A DNA stretch of 64,000 bases from positions 35,268 to 99,267 of the forward strand of contig NW_005201349.1 of NCBI RefSeq assembly GCF_000372725.1, given 5' to 3'. Below the pieces are notes generated by a model. That model was not told where the DNA came from and searched no databases. It was given only the letters and a program-made list of their open reading frames with translations. The DNA is from Emiliania huxleyi CCMP1516 (taxonomy: Eukaryota). The position numbers and the translations under genes were made by a program. Each line of letters opens with the position of its first letter. Positions within the stretch are counted from its first letter, which is position 1. Shown piece after piece: positions 46,844 through 58,534 of the stretch.

Positions 46844-48159
46844 TATGCCAACCAGCAGTTCTTCGACGGCTCGCGCTGGCAGTGGACGGTGCCGCCCCTC
46901 CGCGCCGACAACGCGCTGGTCAACGGCCCGCTCCCGCTGATGACTCTGTGGAGGAAGGAGCGCGGGCTAGATGCCGAGTCCGTGTCCCGCCTCTGGCGTG
47001 GGTGCGAGTCCATTCTCCCTCGCCCGTCAGCAAGCCACGCACTCGGCTGCACTCGCCCAGAGGTCAAGCCCAGAGGTAAGCCCAGAGGTCAAGCCCCCGT
47101 GTCCGCGGTGTTTGTACGGCGGGTCTTAGGGCTAGCCGCTTGAGGCCTCGTCACTGCTCGAGTGAACGGTAGGACCTCTGGCTAGCGACGCCGCACGGCT
47201 TCGACGAGGCGCTCCCAAAGGGGCACGAAGACTGGGCCTTCTGGCTGCAGCTCACGGAGCGGCTGCCGCTCGACTCGGTGCTGTGTCCGACAGCTCGCTG
47301 CGTCTCTGAGATTAGGCTGCAGCTGACGCGGCTGCCGCTGCTGCCGCACAAGCTGGACGACTTCCTCACCCAGTACCGCTACAAAGAAGGACTCCAAGAT
47401 GCGCACGCGAGAGCGCAACAACCCGGAGGCGCCGCGGCTCCCCCGCCTGCACGAGAGACGCCTTCCGAGAGACGCCTTCCGAGACCCTCCCTCGAGCCGT
47501 CCTGCAGGTCCCGCGGCTCATGCGCACCCTCTTCGCCGACCTGTGCGCGAACCTTCCGAGAACCTTCCTCCCTCCCCGCCCCGGCCGCTGCCTCCACCAC
47601 CGCCCCGAGGAACGCCCACCCCGCCGGTCGATACCGCCGCCTCCACTCTGCCCGCCTCCACTCCGCCACCCTCCGACACGTCCTCCGACACGTCCGCCGA
47701 CACGTCCACCCACACGTCCGCCTGACACGTCCACCCACACGTCCACGGCGCGTCCGCAGGTACCCGGTGCGCAAGCTGCTGATCGACCACCACGAGCTGC
47801 TCAAGCCGGCCGACGAGCCGAGCCAGAAGCCGGGCATCACCGAGGCGGTCGTCATGGACGTCTCCGTCTCGCAGCACCTCCACCCCACCCGCCCGGAGCC
47901 GCACCTCTGGTCGGGGATGATCCTGCAGGCAAAGGGCGACCTGGCCGGCGCGGCGGCCGCGTACAACGCCTCCGCCGCGCTCGCCGCGCCGTACGATTGG
48001 CAGGGCTCCTACCGCTTCTGGCGGGCGCTGCTCCTGCTCGGCGACGGCGCCGCAGCGGCGCGCGAGGAGGCGGCGCTCCGCCGGCGGTGGGGCGACGCGC
48101 AGATGCGATGGTACAGCACAGACGCTTATGGTGACGTACTGCCTGCCGCGTCGGAGTGA
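46844..48159 (+). CDS. C-terminal part of a GT2-like glycosyltransferase with a helical (TPR-like) tail; multi-exon, 5' end not found
   Basis: Spliced reading: YANQQFFDGSRWQW..GPLPLMTLWRK..GFDEALPKGHEDWAFWLQL..LTQYRYKEGS resembles the GT-A EDWxFWLxL motif. Confidence 0.55.
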
Positions 48160-48887
48160 GCGGCGCTGCCCGTGTCGTATATCCTCGTCTATCACACGTG
48201 ACTGCGGTGTATTTGTAAAAGACGTCAATGGGTCAATGACGGACGACGAAAGCATCACGTGTGACACTGTATATGCCGTGCAGCGTAATCCGGACCTAGA
48301 TGAAGCCACGTTTTTGCATCCTAACAGCCGTGAAGAGGCCTGCCGGGATCGACCACCGCCAGCTAAAGCCCAGCTCGTGAAAACAGAAGAAGGAAATCGC
48401 CAGCGTCACGAGCAGCGGCGCTGCGAGGTTGAGGAGCCGCTCAGGACGTAGCCTCATCAGCGATCTGTGTGGCGGCACAACCTGCGAGTCCGTAGCGTCG
48501 ACGCTCTTTGCGTGGCCTCCAGCGCAATGGCCTGGGAGCGGGCGAGTAGAGGCACGCCGCTCGGCAACGAGCCGGGCAGCCACGCCCCCGACCACGAGAG
48601 GGCGATGCCAATCGAACCCCGTGTGCGGGGGGCCTCTACTCGCCCGTAGGATTCCTAGTGCGAATAAAAAAGCTAGGGCGCATAACACAATTTCTTGCAG
48701 CCTGCAAATTCTTTTTGCCGCTACCCGACCATTTTGCTCGGACTCTCTGCTAGGACTGCCGGGCGTGATCTCGACCCGCGCGCGCACAAAATTTCTTCTT
48801 TACCGTCCTTCCTTGTCGCCCAATAAGCCGCGACCATTGCTCTGTGCTGCTCTGTGCTGCGGCAGGCCACCCCGGCGCAGCTTTGGG

Positions 48888-49421
48888 ATGCAACCAATCG
48901 AATGCGCCAGTTGCGACGCCGGCTGGGACGACTGTGGGACCTGCTTGATGCTTGTCGAGAGCTCGGGCTGCCCCTGGACCTCGGCAATCATTCGTGGCTG
49001 CAGCGGTGGCACATCGCTCAACTCATTTTGCGACGGTAACGGCAGTTGTGGGACGTCAGACGTCGCCAACAACTGCCGCCTCGGCAAGGACATCTACAAG
49101 CGGGTCGAGTGCACCGCCACGCCTCCATCGGCGCCTCCCGCGACCCCGCCGAGCAGCCCACCCTCACCACCCCCACCCATGCCACCGTCCCTGCCCATCG
49201 CGGATGTAAGCTTCCTCTCCGCCGATGCCAATGACGGACAAGCGTGGCTGGTGCCGCTGGTTGCGGGCAGCGTCGCAGTCTCATTGACGCTCTGCCTCTG
49301 CTTCCTCTGCTGGCGCTGCTGCGGCCGTCGCCACAAGCGCGCCCCGGGTGCTCTTATGCCCGCCGCAGCGCGGCCAGTCTTCGATCCCGACCCGGATGAT
49401 AGCCCCTTCAAATGCCCATAA
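48888..49421 (+). CDS. Small single-pass membrane protein: Cys-rich domain, Pro linker, TM helix
   Basis: CDGNGSCGTSDVANNCRLGKDIYKRVEC, PPSAPP.., WLVPLVAGSVAVSLTLCLCFLCW. Confidence 0.6.
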   Translation: MQPIECASCDAGWDDCGTCLMLVESSGCPWTSAIIRGCSGGTSLNSFCDGNGSCGTSDVANNCRLGKDIYKRVECTATPPSAPPATPPSSPPSPPPPMPPSLPIADVSFLSADANDGQAWLVPLVAGSVAVSLTLCLCFLCWRCCGRRHKRAPGALMPAAARPVFDPDPDDSPFKCP

Positions 49422-49599
49422 GCAACATGTCATGCAGACTGAGACCCCGCTCTTCGCGGCTGACGGCGGCGCGGCATGTCCATGTCCATGTGCGAGACGT
49501 GTGCGAATAACACCGTAAACACGCCTGACACACCGCACACGCAGGACACATCTCACAAATGTCAAATCGGAAAAAAGCGCTCGGATGTACGATCTGGCA

Positions 49600-49678
49600 G
49601 GCCCCAGCCAGTTCTTAGTGGTCCAAATCACCTCATCGAGGTACTGGGCCCGCGTCAGCTTGTTCTGTACGGCACGTC
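49600..49678 (-). mobile_element. Fragment of the CRE-like retroelement, interrupted by a DNA transposon
   Basis: QNKLTRAQYLDEVIWTTKNWLG matches about 58762-58840. Confidence 0.8.
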
Positions 49679-51590
49679 CACTTGAGGCAAACTGCGGGTA
49701 AATAAATATTTTTGAAGGGATGAACGCGAGCTCGTGGGGTCCACGAAAGCACCGCTTGGCGGTGTCAGAACCGCCCTCTTTGACCCTGGGGGGCCGAATC
49801 TGCGCCCTCTGGGCCCCGGCGGCGGTCCCGGAGAGGGCCAGCACGCGGGCTCCGCCGACGCTCTCGCAACGCGGGTCGCGCCGCGCGCCTCCCGGACGAA
49901 GCGTGTTGGTGCGCGACGGCGATCCCCGCCTGCAGGGAGCGGAGCACACGCGTCGGATGGCGAGGGCAGCACAAATATTGCACTCACGTCCCAGTATGGC
50001 AGCAGCCGGACGGGTTGGGTGGCGTGAGGGCAGGGTGGTGAGGATGATTCCACAGATCTCGCTGGAAATGGCCGTGTCCTTCCCGGGGGAGGCAGGCGAG
50101 CACGCACCTCGCGTCCGAGCGCGAGTCGACGAGTGGTCGCCGAGAGATCGCCGAACCACTTTCGAGTGCGCGCGCACACAGCACAGCTGCGGGTTGTAAC
50201 TCGACTGCCGATCGCGCGTGCGGGATGTAAACGCAGCTCGCTGGCGCCAGTGCACGGTGGCAGGGACTGGAGGCTCGGCCGAAGGGGAAGAGCAGTCCTC
50301 AATCGTCACGTGGAGGTCGCTGGGCTGGATCCATCGAACTGCCCCACACCTGGAGCGGAGGCACATCAGGTCTTGCGGCACACTCTCCGACAGATGCATG
50401 CCTTTTGAGCAAGCCCACGCGCCTCCACCGTCGCGTAGTATGCCAGCGGCACGCCGGTACGCCGACGAGTCGTGCGCGCTCGGCAGTAATCGGCGTTGAG
50501 ACTGCCTAGCGCGCACATCGAGAGCGCCGAGTTGTGTTGCCGCGAGGAATCCTGCTCGAAGATGGGGTCCGAGCGGCGCCTGATCGCATGGGATGGATCA
50601 GTGGGGCTATCACGTGGGTACTAGGCCTGCTCAGTCAGGAGTTGGCGAGTGTGTGGGAGATTCACGCCCGTCGCTCAACGTCTGTTGAAAAACTGTTCGC
50701 TGAGCAAGCTCACGGTCGAGCGGGCTTGACGCGCGCTTCAGGATAGCAAGAGGCGTGCCCACTCCCCTGAGGAGCGTGCGGGCACGCCTGGGAATCGATG
50801 TGGAGCGACCATGGACTGGGATGACAGCCGGCGAAGCACTGCGCCAAAACCATGGCGCCGAAAAGCGTCCGCCCTCGGCGTGCTGCAAGCTTCACGGCGG
50901 AGGCTGTGAAGTCGCGGCATCGAGTTCAACCTGAGCGCACGCACGCACCGTGCTGGGGAGGAGTTGGCCTGCGAGCGGCGAGCGCTCCCGAGCGCGCGGC
51001 GCCCCGTTCTGGCCATCTTGCGCTTTACCACCACAAAATCGCCTCCATTTTGCGCGCCTCCGGTGGCAGGTCTAGCCGGGCCCGATTGATGAAACTTTTG
51101 ATGGTTGCGCGCCGGATCTCGACTCCACCGTGCTACGGTGCGTCCCAAAGCAAAACTTGTGGCAGAGGGGCCAGATTGGCCGATTTATAACGACTGGACA
51201 GCGTCTGAAGGCTATTTTGCGGCGACACCGATACGCGGTTGAGGGCCCACGGTTGTGGCTAGTGGAGGGTGCTGTACAATCCGAGGGCGTTCCCGTGGCC
51301 TCACGGGCCCGGTCGACGATCGTGGCCAGAAAATTCAAAAAGTTTCATCCGTGGGGGCGAGATATTTAACTGTCTAGCTCGATTTTGACCCATAACTAGA
51401 CAGAACGGCCCCAAATCGGCCCGGAACCGACCCGTGGGCCCGTCTGCCGCACCCAGCTCCGCCGGGAGGGGCGCGCGCCGTTCCCCGCGGGTCGGGCGGG
51501 CCACGCAGACACGGCGGGCGAGCTTCCCGTGCCCTGTGAGAGCCGTCACACCGCCTCAAACAGGTCCCAAAGTGGGGTTTGCCTCAAGTG
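49679..51590. mobile_element. Non-autonomous TIR element, about 1.9 kb; TIR (C)ACTTGAGGCAAAC; TSD CACGTC (6 bp) or GCACGTCC (8 bp)
   Basis: TIRs at 49679-49692 and 51577-51590; the empty site gcacgtccgccg is visible in the uninterrupted host copy at 58831-58842. Confidence 0.88.
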
Positions 51591-52075
51591 CACGTCCGCC
51601 GAAGAAAAGAATTTTACGAGCGGTACTGAGCCAGTCCAAACACGCGAAAAGGGAGGGAAAAAGAATCTTGAAGGCCGCGCGAGCGAGAACAGATCGAGAG
51701 ACATCACACCAATGGACATGCACACCGCATCTGCAGGCTCAAACAACAAAAACAAAATGAATGAGGACAGGTGCAGCTCACGAACAGGCCACATAATCGT
51801 GTCCAGGTAAGAGCCAAAAGCACGCTGCACGGCCGCACACCACCGGCCCGGGGTGGGGGGGGGGGGGCCACCAACTGCACGCACCCACGCTGTACCACAG
51901 GCGCTGCACGCCGGGTATCGTTGCACGCGCCACGGCGCAGAAGAACGCGAAAATTGAAAAGGTGAAGGCACAAATTTGCGAGGCGAGAAGACGGCTGCGA
52001 GTAGCTCGCGGAGGAGTCACACGGCTTCGCCTCAGGCCCCGGGACCTTGGTTGTGGAGAGGAAGAGAGCGCATCT

Positions 52076-52523
52076 CTAGTGGTAGCAGAAGTAGCAGCTG
52101 CCGCAAAGCTGGGTTTTGGGGCAGTGCTTGTCGGGGTTGTTCTTGCACCACGGCATGCACACGTTTGCCGGCGGCGGTGGCGGCCCGCAGGGGTCGCAGT
52201 ACTCGAGCGTGCCGCACGCGATGCGGCCGCCGTCGTACCCGTGCACCACAAAGGCCTTGCCGAGCACATCGAGCGAGGTGCCGCCCATGACGGCGGACAG
52301 CTTCCCCTCCGCGTTGCCGTTGGTGGAGGAGACGTAGGAGAGGCTCTTCTCCGTCCACGGGTCGGCGAAGCCGTTCGTGGCGTAGTGCCCGCCAACCTCG
52401 CTGGCGGCCTCGCACGAGGAGCCCGAGTGGATGTGAAGGCCACACGAGTTGCCGAACGAGGCGTTGTACCCGCCAGCGCAGCCTGTGCGTGGCGCGGACG
52501 GAGAATGGGCTGGACGCGGGCGA

Positions 52524-52557
<34 letters not shown>

Positions 52558-53318
52558 ACGGGCGTGGTCGAGGGCTGTGCGCGGTGTGCCGAGGTCGAGG
52601 CCCTTGAGCGTATAGTCGAAGTACTGCGTGGTCTTGTCCACGGTAACCATCGTGATGACACCCGTCGCGTCGGGGAAGGCGCCGTAGTAGCCGGGGTAGG
52701 TTGCAAAATTGGTCACGCACAGCGGGTCCACCACGGGCTCCATCAGCGCGCACGCGATGCGCCCGCCGTTTGCGTCGTGGACGACAAAGGCCCGGCCCAG
52801 CAGGTCGCTCGTAGTCGCGCCCGTGTCGGCGTCAAAGTTGCCCGAGGCGGTTCCGATTGTCGTGCTGTAAAACGCGACGTAGTCCGCGCCCATGCCGCCG
52901 TCGGACCACGGGTCGGCCGCGGGGGGTTGGTAATAGTGCCCCCCGACCTCGGAGGCGCTGGAGCAGGTGAAGCCAGAGTGGATGTGGATGCCGCACGCGT
53001 TGCCGGAGAGTTCGAGTGGGTCGGTGCCGGTGCAGCCCGTGTCGAGGCCCGACAGATCGTAGACGAAGGTCTGTGGGTAGGAAGGCGTGGGGGTGTGATC
53101 GAAACCACGGACAGCAATGGGCAGGGTGGGGCGACGGCTCGGGAAGCAGGCCTGCACGCCATCCCCGTCCGAATACAGGGTGACCTTGCCAGTGACCGAC
53201 GAGAAGGGGCCCCCGTAGCCTGCCCGTAGCCCGGGTAGGGGCCGAACTTGACGGTGGCGAGCTCGATCTTGGGGCCGCACTGGGCGCCGAGGTGAATGGC
53301 GGGAGCGATTGAGAGCAT
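52076..53318 (-). CDS. Two-domain Cu/Zn-superoxide-dismutase-like protein with Cys-rich tail; 11-bp frameshifting insertion near the 5' end (possible pseudogene)
   Basis: Twice: CG[IL]HIHSG..C...EVGGHY...DPW...LG[RK]AFVVH..GGRIAC; introns about 53071-53150 and about 52483-52600. Confidence 0.8.
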
Positions 53319-53927
53319 GTTGTCGCGGACGTACGGAGTTGTGCTGGGCTGTGGCGGGCTGCAACACACCGGCCCGAACTAACGGCAAATTCCGGGCCGA
53401 AACGCATTGAACTGGCGACTGATCTCGGCATCATATCTAAAAGTCGAGCGCCGCTGCATCTGACTGCAGCAGCCTCGATCTGGATGCATCTTGGGTCTCC
53501 CCCCTCTACCTACCTACCAATTAGAAATACCTACAACCAATTAGAAGGCGGGAGAAGCCGCCGTGGCTGATGCGGGAGCAAGAAGGACGCTGTCCGAAAC
53601 GCTTGGACTCACTCAGTCACTAGCCGGGTTTTTCGTTGTACGTACTTTTAGCTTACTCTCTCTCGTTCGTTGTATGTGGCTCTTTACGTACACAAAACTC
53701 TCTCTACATTCCCGTAGGAGGACTCTGCTGACAGGGTTTGCGCGGTATGTTGTATCTGGTTACTTACCAGACAATGCTCGCGTGTCACGCTTTTTATCTA
53801 GACTCAAGTCTTATATAAGACATATGCGCTATATGGTTTGTATATCGGCGGGCAATTGCATGAAAAGAGGCGCATCGTTGCGGTTTCCGCGACTGTCGCG
53901 GAATCTTATGCGGATGGCTATACGTCG

Positions 53928-54710
53928 ATGGCTCTAAAGGTCGGCGACGTCTACGTCAAGCCCGGCCAGGAGATGGAGCTCGAGCCCAACGAAGAGGGCT
54001 GCTTGGTAGTCGAGACAACACGGGCGCTCAAGGTGAGGACCGAGGAGAAGGTCCTGCAGGCCCAGGCGGCCAAGGAGGCGGCCAAGGACCTGCCGCCGCA
54101 GTACACGTTTGACGCTTGGCAGACGCCCCTGCTCTGCGCATGCCCACCCCAGTGCGCCTTTGGGCCCGACCCATGCTGCCTTCTCCACGTCAAGGGCCTG
54201 GCCTGCTCGTGCTGCCCGCCCAGCTGCAAGTGCTGCTGCATTCAGTGCCCGCCCGAGTGCTGCTCCAACATCGGCTCCGGCTGCCCGACCTGCTCCTGCC
54301 CAACGTGCACCTGCTGCCCTCCGTCGTGCACTTGGTGCGACATCACGTGCCCGCCAAAGTGCGACTGCCTCCCGTGCCCGTGCCCGACGTGCACGTGCTG
54401 GCCCTGCCCTCCGTCGTGCACGTGCTGCGACATCACCTGCCCGCCCAAGTGTTGCACCACCTGCGAGTGCTGCCCCTCTTGCTGCGGCGTCAAGACGGTC
54501 GGCATCGCGTGCATCCTTTGCCACTGCACCACCACAATGTACCCCAAGTGCTGCCCGGCATGCCTCTGCTGCACCGTTGAGGTGATCGACGCCGCTCGCA
54601 ACAAGAACATCTATCGCGGGAAGGCGGCCGAGTGCGTTTCGTCTGTGGACGTTAAGATGGACCTGAACGGCCAGGCCGGCGGACCGGAGGGCGAAGAGAT
54701 GCAGCGCTAA
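53928..54710 (+). CDS. Cys/Pro-rich protein (CCPPSC, CPTCTC, CDITCPPKC repeats)
   Basis: Open frame with consistent TGC codons and GC3 bias; internal repeats. Confidence 0.8.
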   Translation: MALKVGDVYVKPGQEMELEPNEEGCLVVETTRALKVRTEEKVLQAQAAKEAAKDLPPQYTFDAWQTPLLCACPPQCAFGPDPCCLLHVKGLACSCCPPSCKCCCIQCPPECCSNIGSGCPTCSCPTCTCCPPSCTWCDITCPPKCDCLPCPCPTCTCWPCPPSCTCCDITCPPKCCTTCECCPSCCGVKTVGIACILCHCTTTMYPKCCPACLCCTVEVIDAARNKNIYRGKAAECVSSVDVKMDLNGQAGGPEGEEMQR

Positions 54711-55139
54711 GCGTTTCGTGCGCGGCCCATGCTGTTCCTGTTGCCGCCTGTGAGCATCTGGATGTAAAGCCGCATGATGCGTGGGCTAGAGTCTCGGCAC
54801 GGGCTCGCAGGGGGTGACGGGTGTCGGTGCACACGGCTGTGCCAGACTCTTGAGGAGGGATTGCGCTCTGTGCACTGTGTTGAGTGTGCTGGACTCTGGC
54901 GAGCCTCCGCGCGCTCCGGCCCCGGCTCCGGGGACCGGGGGCGCGGGGGGCCGGGGGCGGTGTTGCAATGGACGCGGCGCGCTTGGTTTCGTGGTTTGGT
55001 GCTTGGTGGAGACGCCGATTATTCGAAGAAAAACACGCTCCGCATAAGCCGCGCAAACCTCGCGGATCTCGAAAGATATAATCCACAGGCGGCAGCGCGC
55101 TCGCGCTCGCGCTCGACAGCGCAGGACAAAAAAAGACGA

Positions 55140-55727
55140 TCAGACGCTCGCCGCAGCTGCGTGCGCCTCCGCCGCCTCTCGTCGTACCTCCGCCGCGCTC
55201 GGCCGCTGCGCGTCGTCCCGGCGCAGCATCGCCCTCGCCAGCCGCGCGGAGGGCGAGAGGTCCGCGGCCGGCGCGCCGGCGGCGGGCGGCGGCGCCATCA
55301 GCCGCATCACGGCTTCTGCGCGCTCCATCGAGGTTGCGAACTGGCCGAAGACCTCCGCCACCACCACGCCGAACGAGAAGACGTCGCTGCTCGGGTCCGC
55401 CGGCCGGGGGTCGCCGCAGAGGCGCTCGGGCGGCGCGTAGGCGGGCGTGCCTGCAGCAAGGGCCAGAGCGAGCAATCTGGGGCCCGAGAGCCGGAGGGCG
55501 GCAGTCTTGGGCGGGCGTGGCCGCGCCTCCCGCAGCCGCCAGCGACCCCGTGCGCGCGCAGCAGCCAAAGTCGGCCAGCTTGACGGCGCCGGTGGCGGGG
55601 CACGCAAAGATGTTCGCCGGCTTGACGTCGTTGTGCACCTGCGCGCGGCGCATGTCGCAGCGAGGTGGGCGGTGGGAGGAGGGTGGAGAGGAGCGGAGAG
55701 GGAGGGGAGGGAAGAGTCGGCTGGGGC

Positions 55728-55788
<61 letters not shown>

Positions 55789-57318
55789 GGGGGGCTTTGA
55801 GCCGATTCCTGCGTCGCGCACCCGCCCCGCTGCGGCTACGAGCATCGCGAGTCCTCTCGAGTACTCCCGGCGAATCTCGGCGAATCTCGGCGAATCTCGG
55901 CGAATCTCGCGCACCCAGCCCGCCGCGTGGACCGCCTCGAGTCCGGAGGCCACGCCGCGGACCCACAACCACCTACGGCCGCACCCGAGGGGCGTGAAGA
56001 GACGCTGCTCGCACCCACAGCCGCGCCGCAGCCCCTCTGCCACCGCGTCGCGTCGGGCACCGCTGCCCCGTCCGCCGCCGCCCCGTCCGCCGCCGCGCGC
56101 TGCTGCCTCTGCTGCCGCCCGCCGCCATGCGAGAGCCAGTGCGCGAGGGTGGGGTAGGGGCAGAGCTCCATCTGGAGAAAGAGCCACGCGCCTACGGAAG
56201 GGTCCGAGAAGGGTCCGAGAAGGGTCCGAGAAGGTTCCGAAGCTCGTCCATCTGGAACTAGAGCCACGCGCGCCTACAGATGGCAGGCCACGCTCCCCGT
56301 CACAGCTCTCGCCCTGGCTGATCAGCGTCTGCAGGCGTAGCTGCGCGCCCGCGCTCCGGCGCAGTCCGAGCTCGTCGCGCAGTGCGGAGACCACCTGCAG
56401 GGAAGGGTCCGAGAAGGGTCCGAGAAGGGTCCGAGAAGGGTCCGAGAAGGGTCCGAGAAGGGTCCGAGAAGGGTCCGAGAAGGGTCCGAGAAGGGTCCGA
56501 GAAGGGTCTAAAAGCTCGTCCGCAGTGTGCGGAGACCGGTGAGGGAGGGAGGGAGGGAGGGAGGGGGTCCGGCCGTTCTCCTCGCCGCGCAGCCCAAAGG
56601 CGCTGGCACGTGAGGAGCAGCGAGCAGCGCGCGCAGGGCTGCGCGCGCGTCGACTGGCGGAGAGTGCGCGTGTGTCGAGGGCGCGGCGCGCCTGGCCGCC
56701 GCCAGACGCCGGCGCAACCTGTGCGGTGGTGCGGATGCTGCAGCCGACATCACCTCCGATGCCACTTCTGCTGCCGCTGCTGCCGCTGCTGCCGCTGCTG
56801 CCGCTGCTGCCGCTGCTGCCGCCGCTGCCGCTGCTGCCGACGCTGAAGTCACTCAAGCAGCTGGCCTCGCCCACGCGCCCGCCCGCGCCGCCGCGCGGGG
56901 AGGATGAGAGGGCGCGGACCCAGTCTCCGCCCGCCTCCACCCACGCGCCGTAGTAGCGGAGCAAGTCGTCGGACGGGGGCATAGACGCGAGCGCCCGCAC
57001 CTCGGCGAGCGCCGCCGCGTCCACGTCTGCCGGCCAGGCGACCACCTTGATGGCAAACTCGTCTTGCGGCGCGGCGCGGCTGCGCGCGGCGACCACGACA
57101 CCAAAGGCGCCCCTGCCCAGCACGCGGCCGGGCAGAAAGTCGCGGTGCAGACGCGGCAGCGACGGGGCGGAGGCCGAGGAGTCCGCGGGGGCGGGAGCAG
57201 GGTGCGCCGTGGCGGTGGCCACCCCGCAGAGCGGGGTGCGCGCGCCCAGCGAGGACGCGCCGCCGCCGCCGCCGCCGCCGCCGCGCCGCCACCGCCGGTA
57301 CTCTGCACGGAGGGCCAT
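55140..57318 (-). CDS. eIF2-alpha-kinase-like (HRI/PERK-type) protein kinase, multi-exon
   Basis: LGRGAFGVV, FAIKVV, LLRYYGAWVE, GSS-repeat kinase insert, LFLQMELC, VHNDVKPANIF, KLADFG, GTPAYAPPE, DVFSFG, FATSMER. Confidence 0.85.
56402..56508. repeat. Intronic 11-bp minisatellite (gaagggtccga)n; also 56197-56240, and 10-bp (ggcgaatctc)n at 55869-55909
   Basis: Tandem units read directly. Confidence 0.95.
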
Positions 57319-57548
57319 GTCTTGGCTGAGCGGTGAGTCGCTGCGGAGGCTGCTCGGCGCATGCGCTGCGGAAACGTGAGCGTTGTTGGCGAGGGTGCGG
57401 ACGGCGATGCTGCCGACGACGCCGCTATTGGCGTACGCGCCGCGGTAGAAGGTGGAGCGCATGGCGTATTCGGGCCGTCTGCCCCGACAGCCGCGGCCCA
57501 CAAAACCCCGCTTTCTTTTTCTTTTCGAGCTACTCGAGTTTCGTATGG

Positions 57549-57551
<3 letters not shown>

Positions 57552-57635
<84 letters not shown>
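57552..57635. repeat. (GA)n microsatellite
   Basis: Pure GA run. Confidence 0.98.
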
Positions 57636-57636
<1 letters not shown>

Positions 57637-58534
57637 CTTGCTGCTCGCTGCGATGGCGAAGAACTCGTCTCGTCACACGCCAAGGGCTTATGCTCTGTCG
57701 AGACGTGAGGCGTATGCGCCCAGGAGGGGAGGGCGCATGCGTAACGACGCTGCTAGAGATGCCTTTCGGGGCCCAGAGATAAAACTTCTGATGCCATGCG
57801 TGACCTAGTAGTGTCCCCAGCTATGGGCGTGTCCACGTTGGAGCCAGGTGTGGTGTGGACGCGAGAATAGCTCCGCCGTTCATGGAGGCAACCGATGCGA
57901 GTCGACTGGTGTGTGTCGTCGTGGTTTCGTATCAAGAATTCTCTCTCTCTATGGCCAAGGAGGCCGCCTAATCGAATCGCCCGAAGCGCTAGCGCTTGCG
58001 CTAGCGCAAGCTCGCACGGCCTCTCACGCCCCGCTGCTGCCCTCTTGGCGGCTCTCCGCCCGCCAGCTCGACCAACTCGACCGCCGAGAGGCTGGGCTTG
58101 GCCGGCGGCGCGACGCGTGGCCTGTGCTGCGGCCATCTCGGACGTTCAAGCGGCGCCAGCCAGCGGCTTGGCCGCGCATCCTTCACACACGCCGCCACGA
58201 CCGGGATGAGCGGGCCCGGTGTCGAGTCATGGTGCGAGCTGCATGTGAGGGGCGGCTGTGGCCACAGCAGGTCCACCAGACGGGCGTCAAAGCTTGCCGT
58301 CGGCGTGCTGTCGTGGGGGGTGCCCGACACGCATTGAGAGGAGCCGAGTGCAGTGGCGAGCCAAAGGCTGCCTGGGTCACCAAGTGATAGCCCTTGCCAA
58401 TTCTGAGCAGGGCTGTGCTTTGGTGGGGTTGTGTTTGAGCATGTGTGAAGTGGGAGTGCGTGCCGGCGGTGTCTGTGGCTGAAACGGGCGTGTGTGAGGC
58501 TGCAGAGCCGTGGTATGAGCCATTACCTAGGCCT

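Noticed and set aside
49281..50516. Transposase inside the 1.9-kb TIR element
   Set aside because: No DDE or other motif, and the ORF crosses the element boundary.
54652..57552. 966-aa ORF as one protein
   Set aside because: It runs through repeat-filled introns; the kinase motifs lie in different frames.
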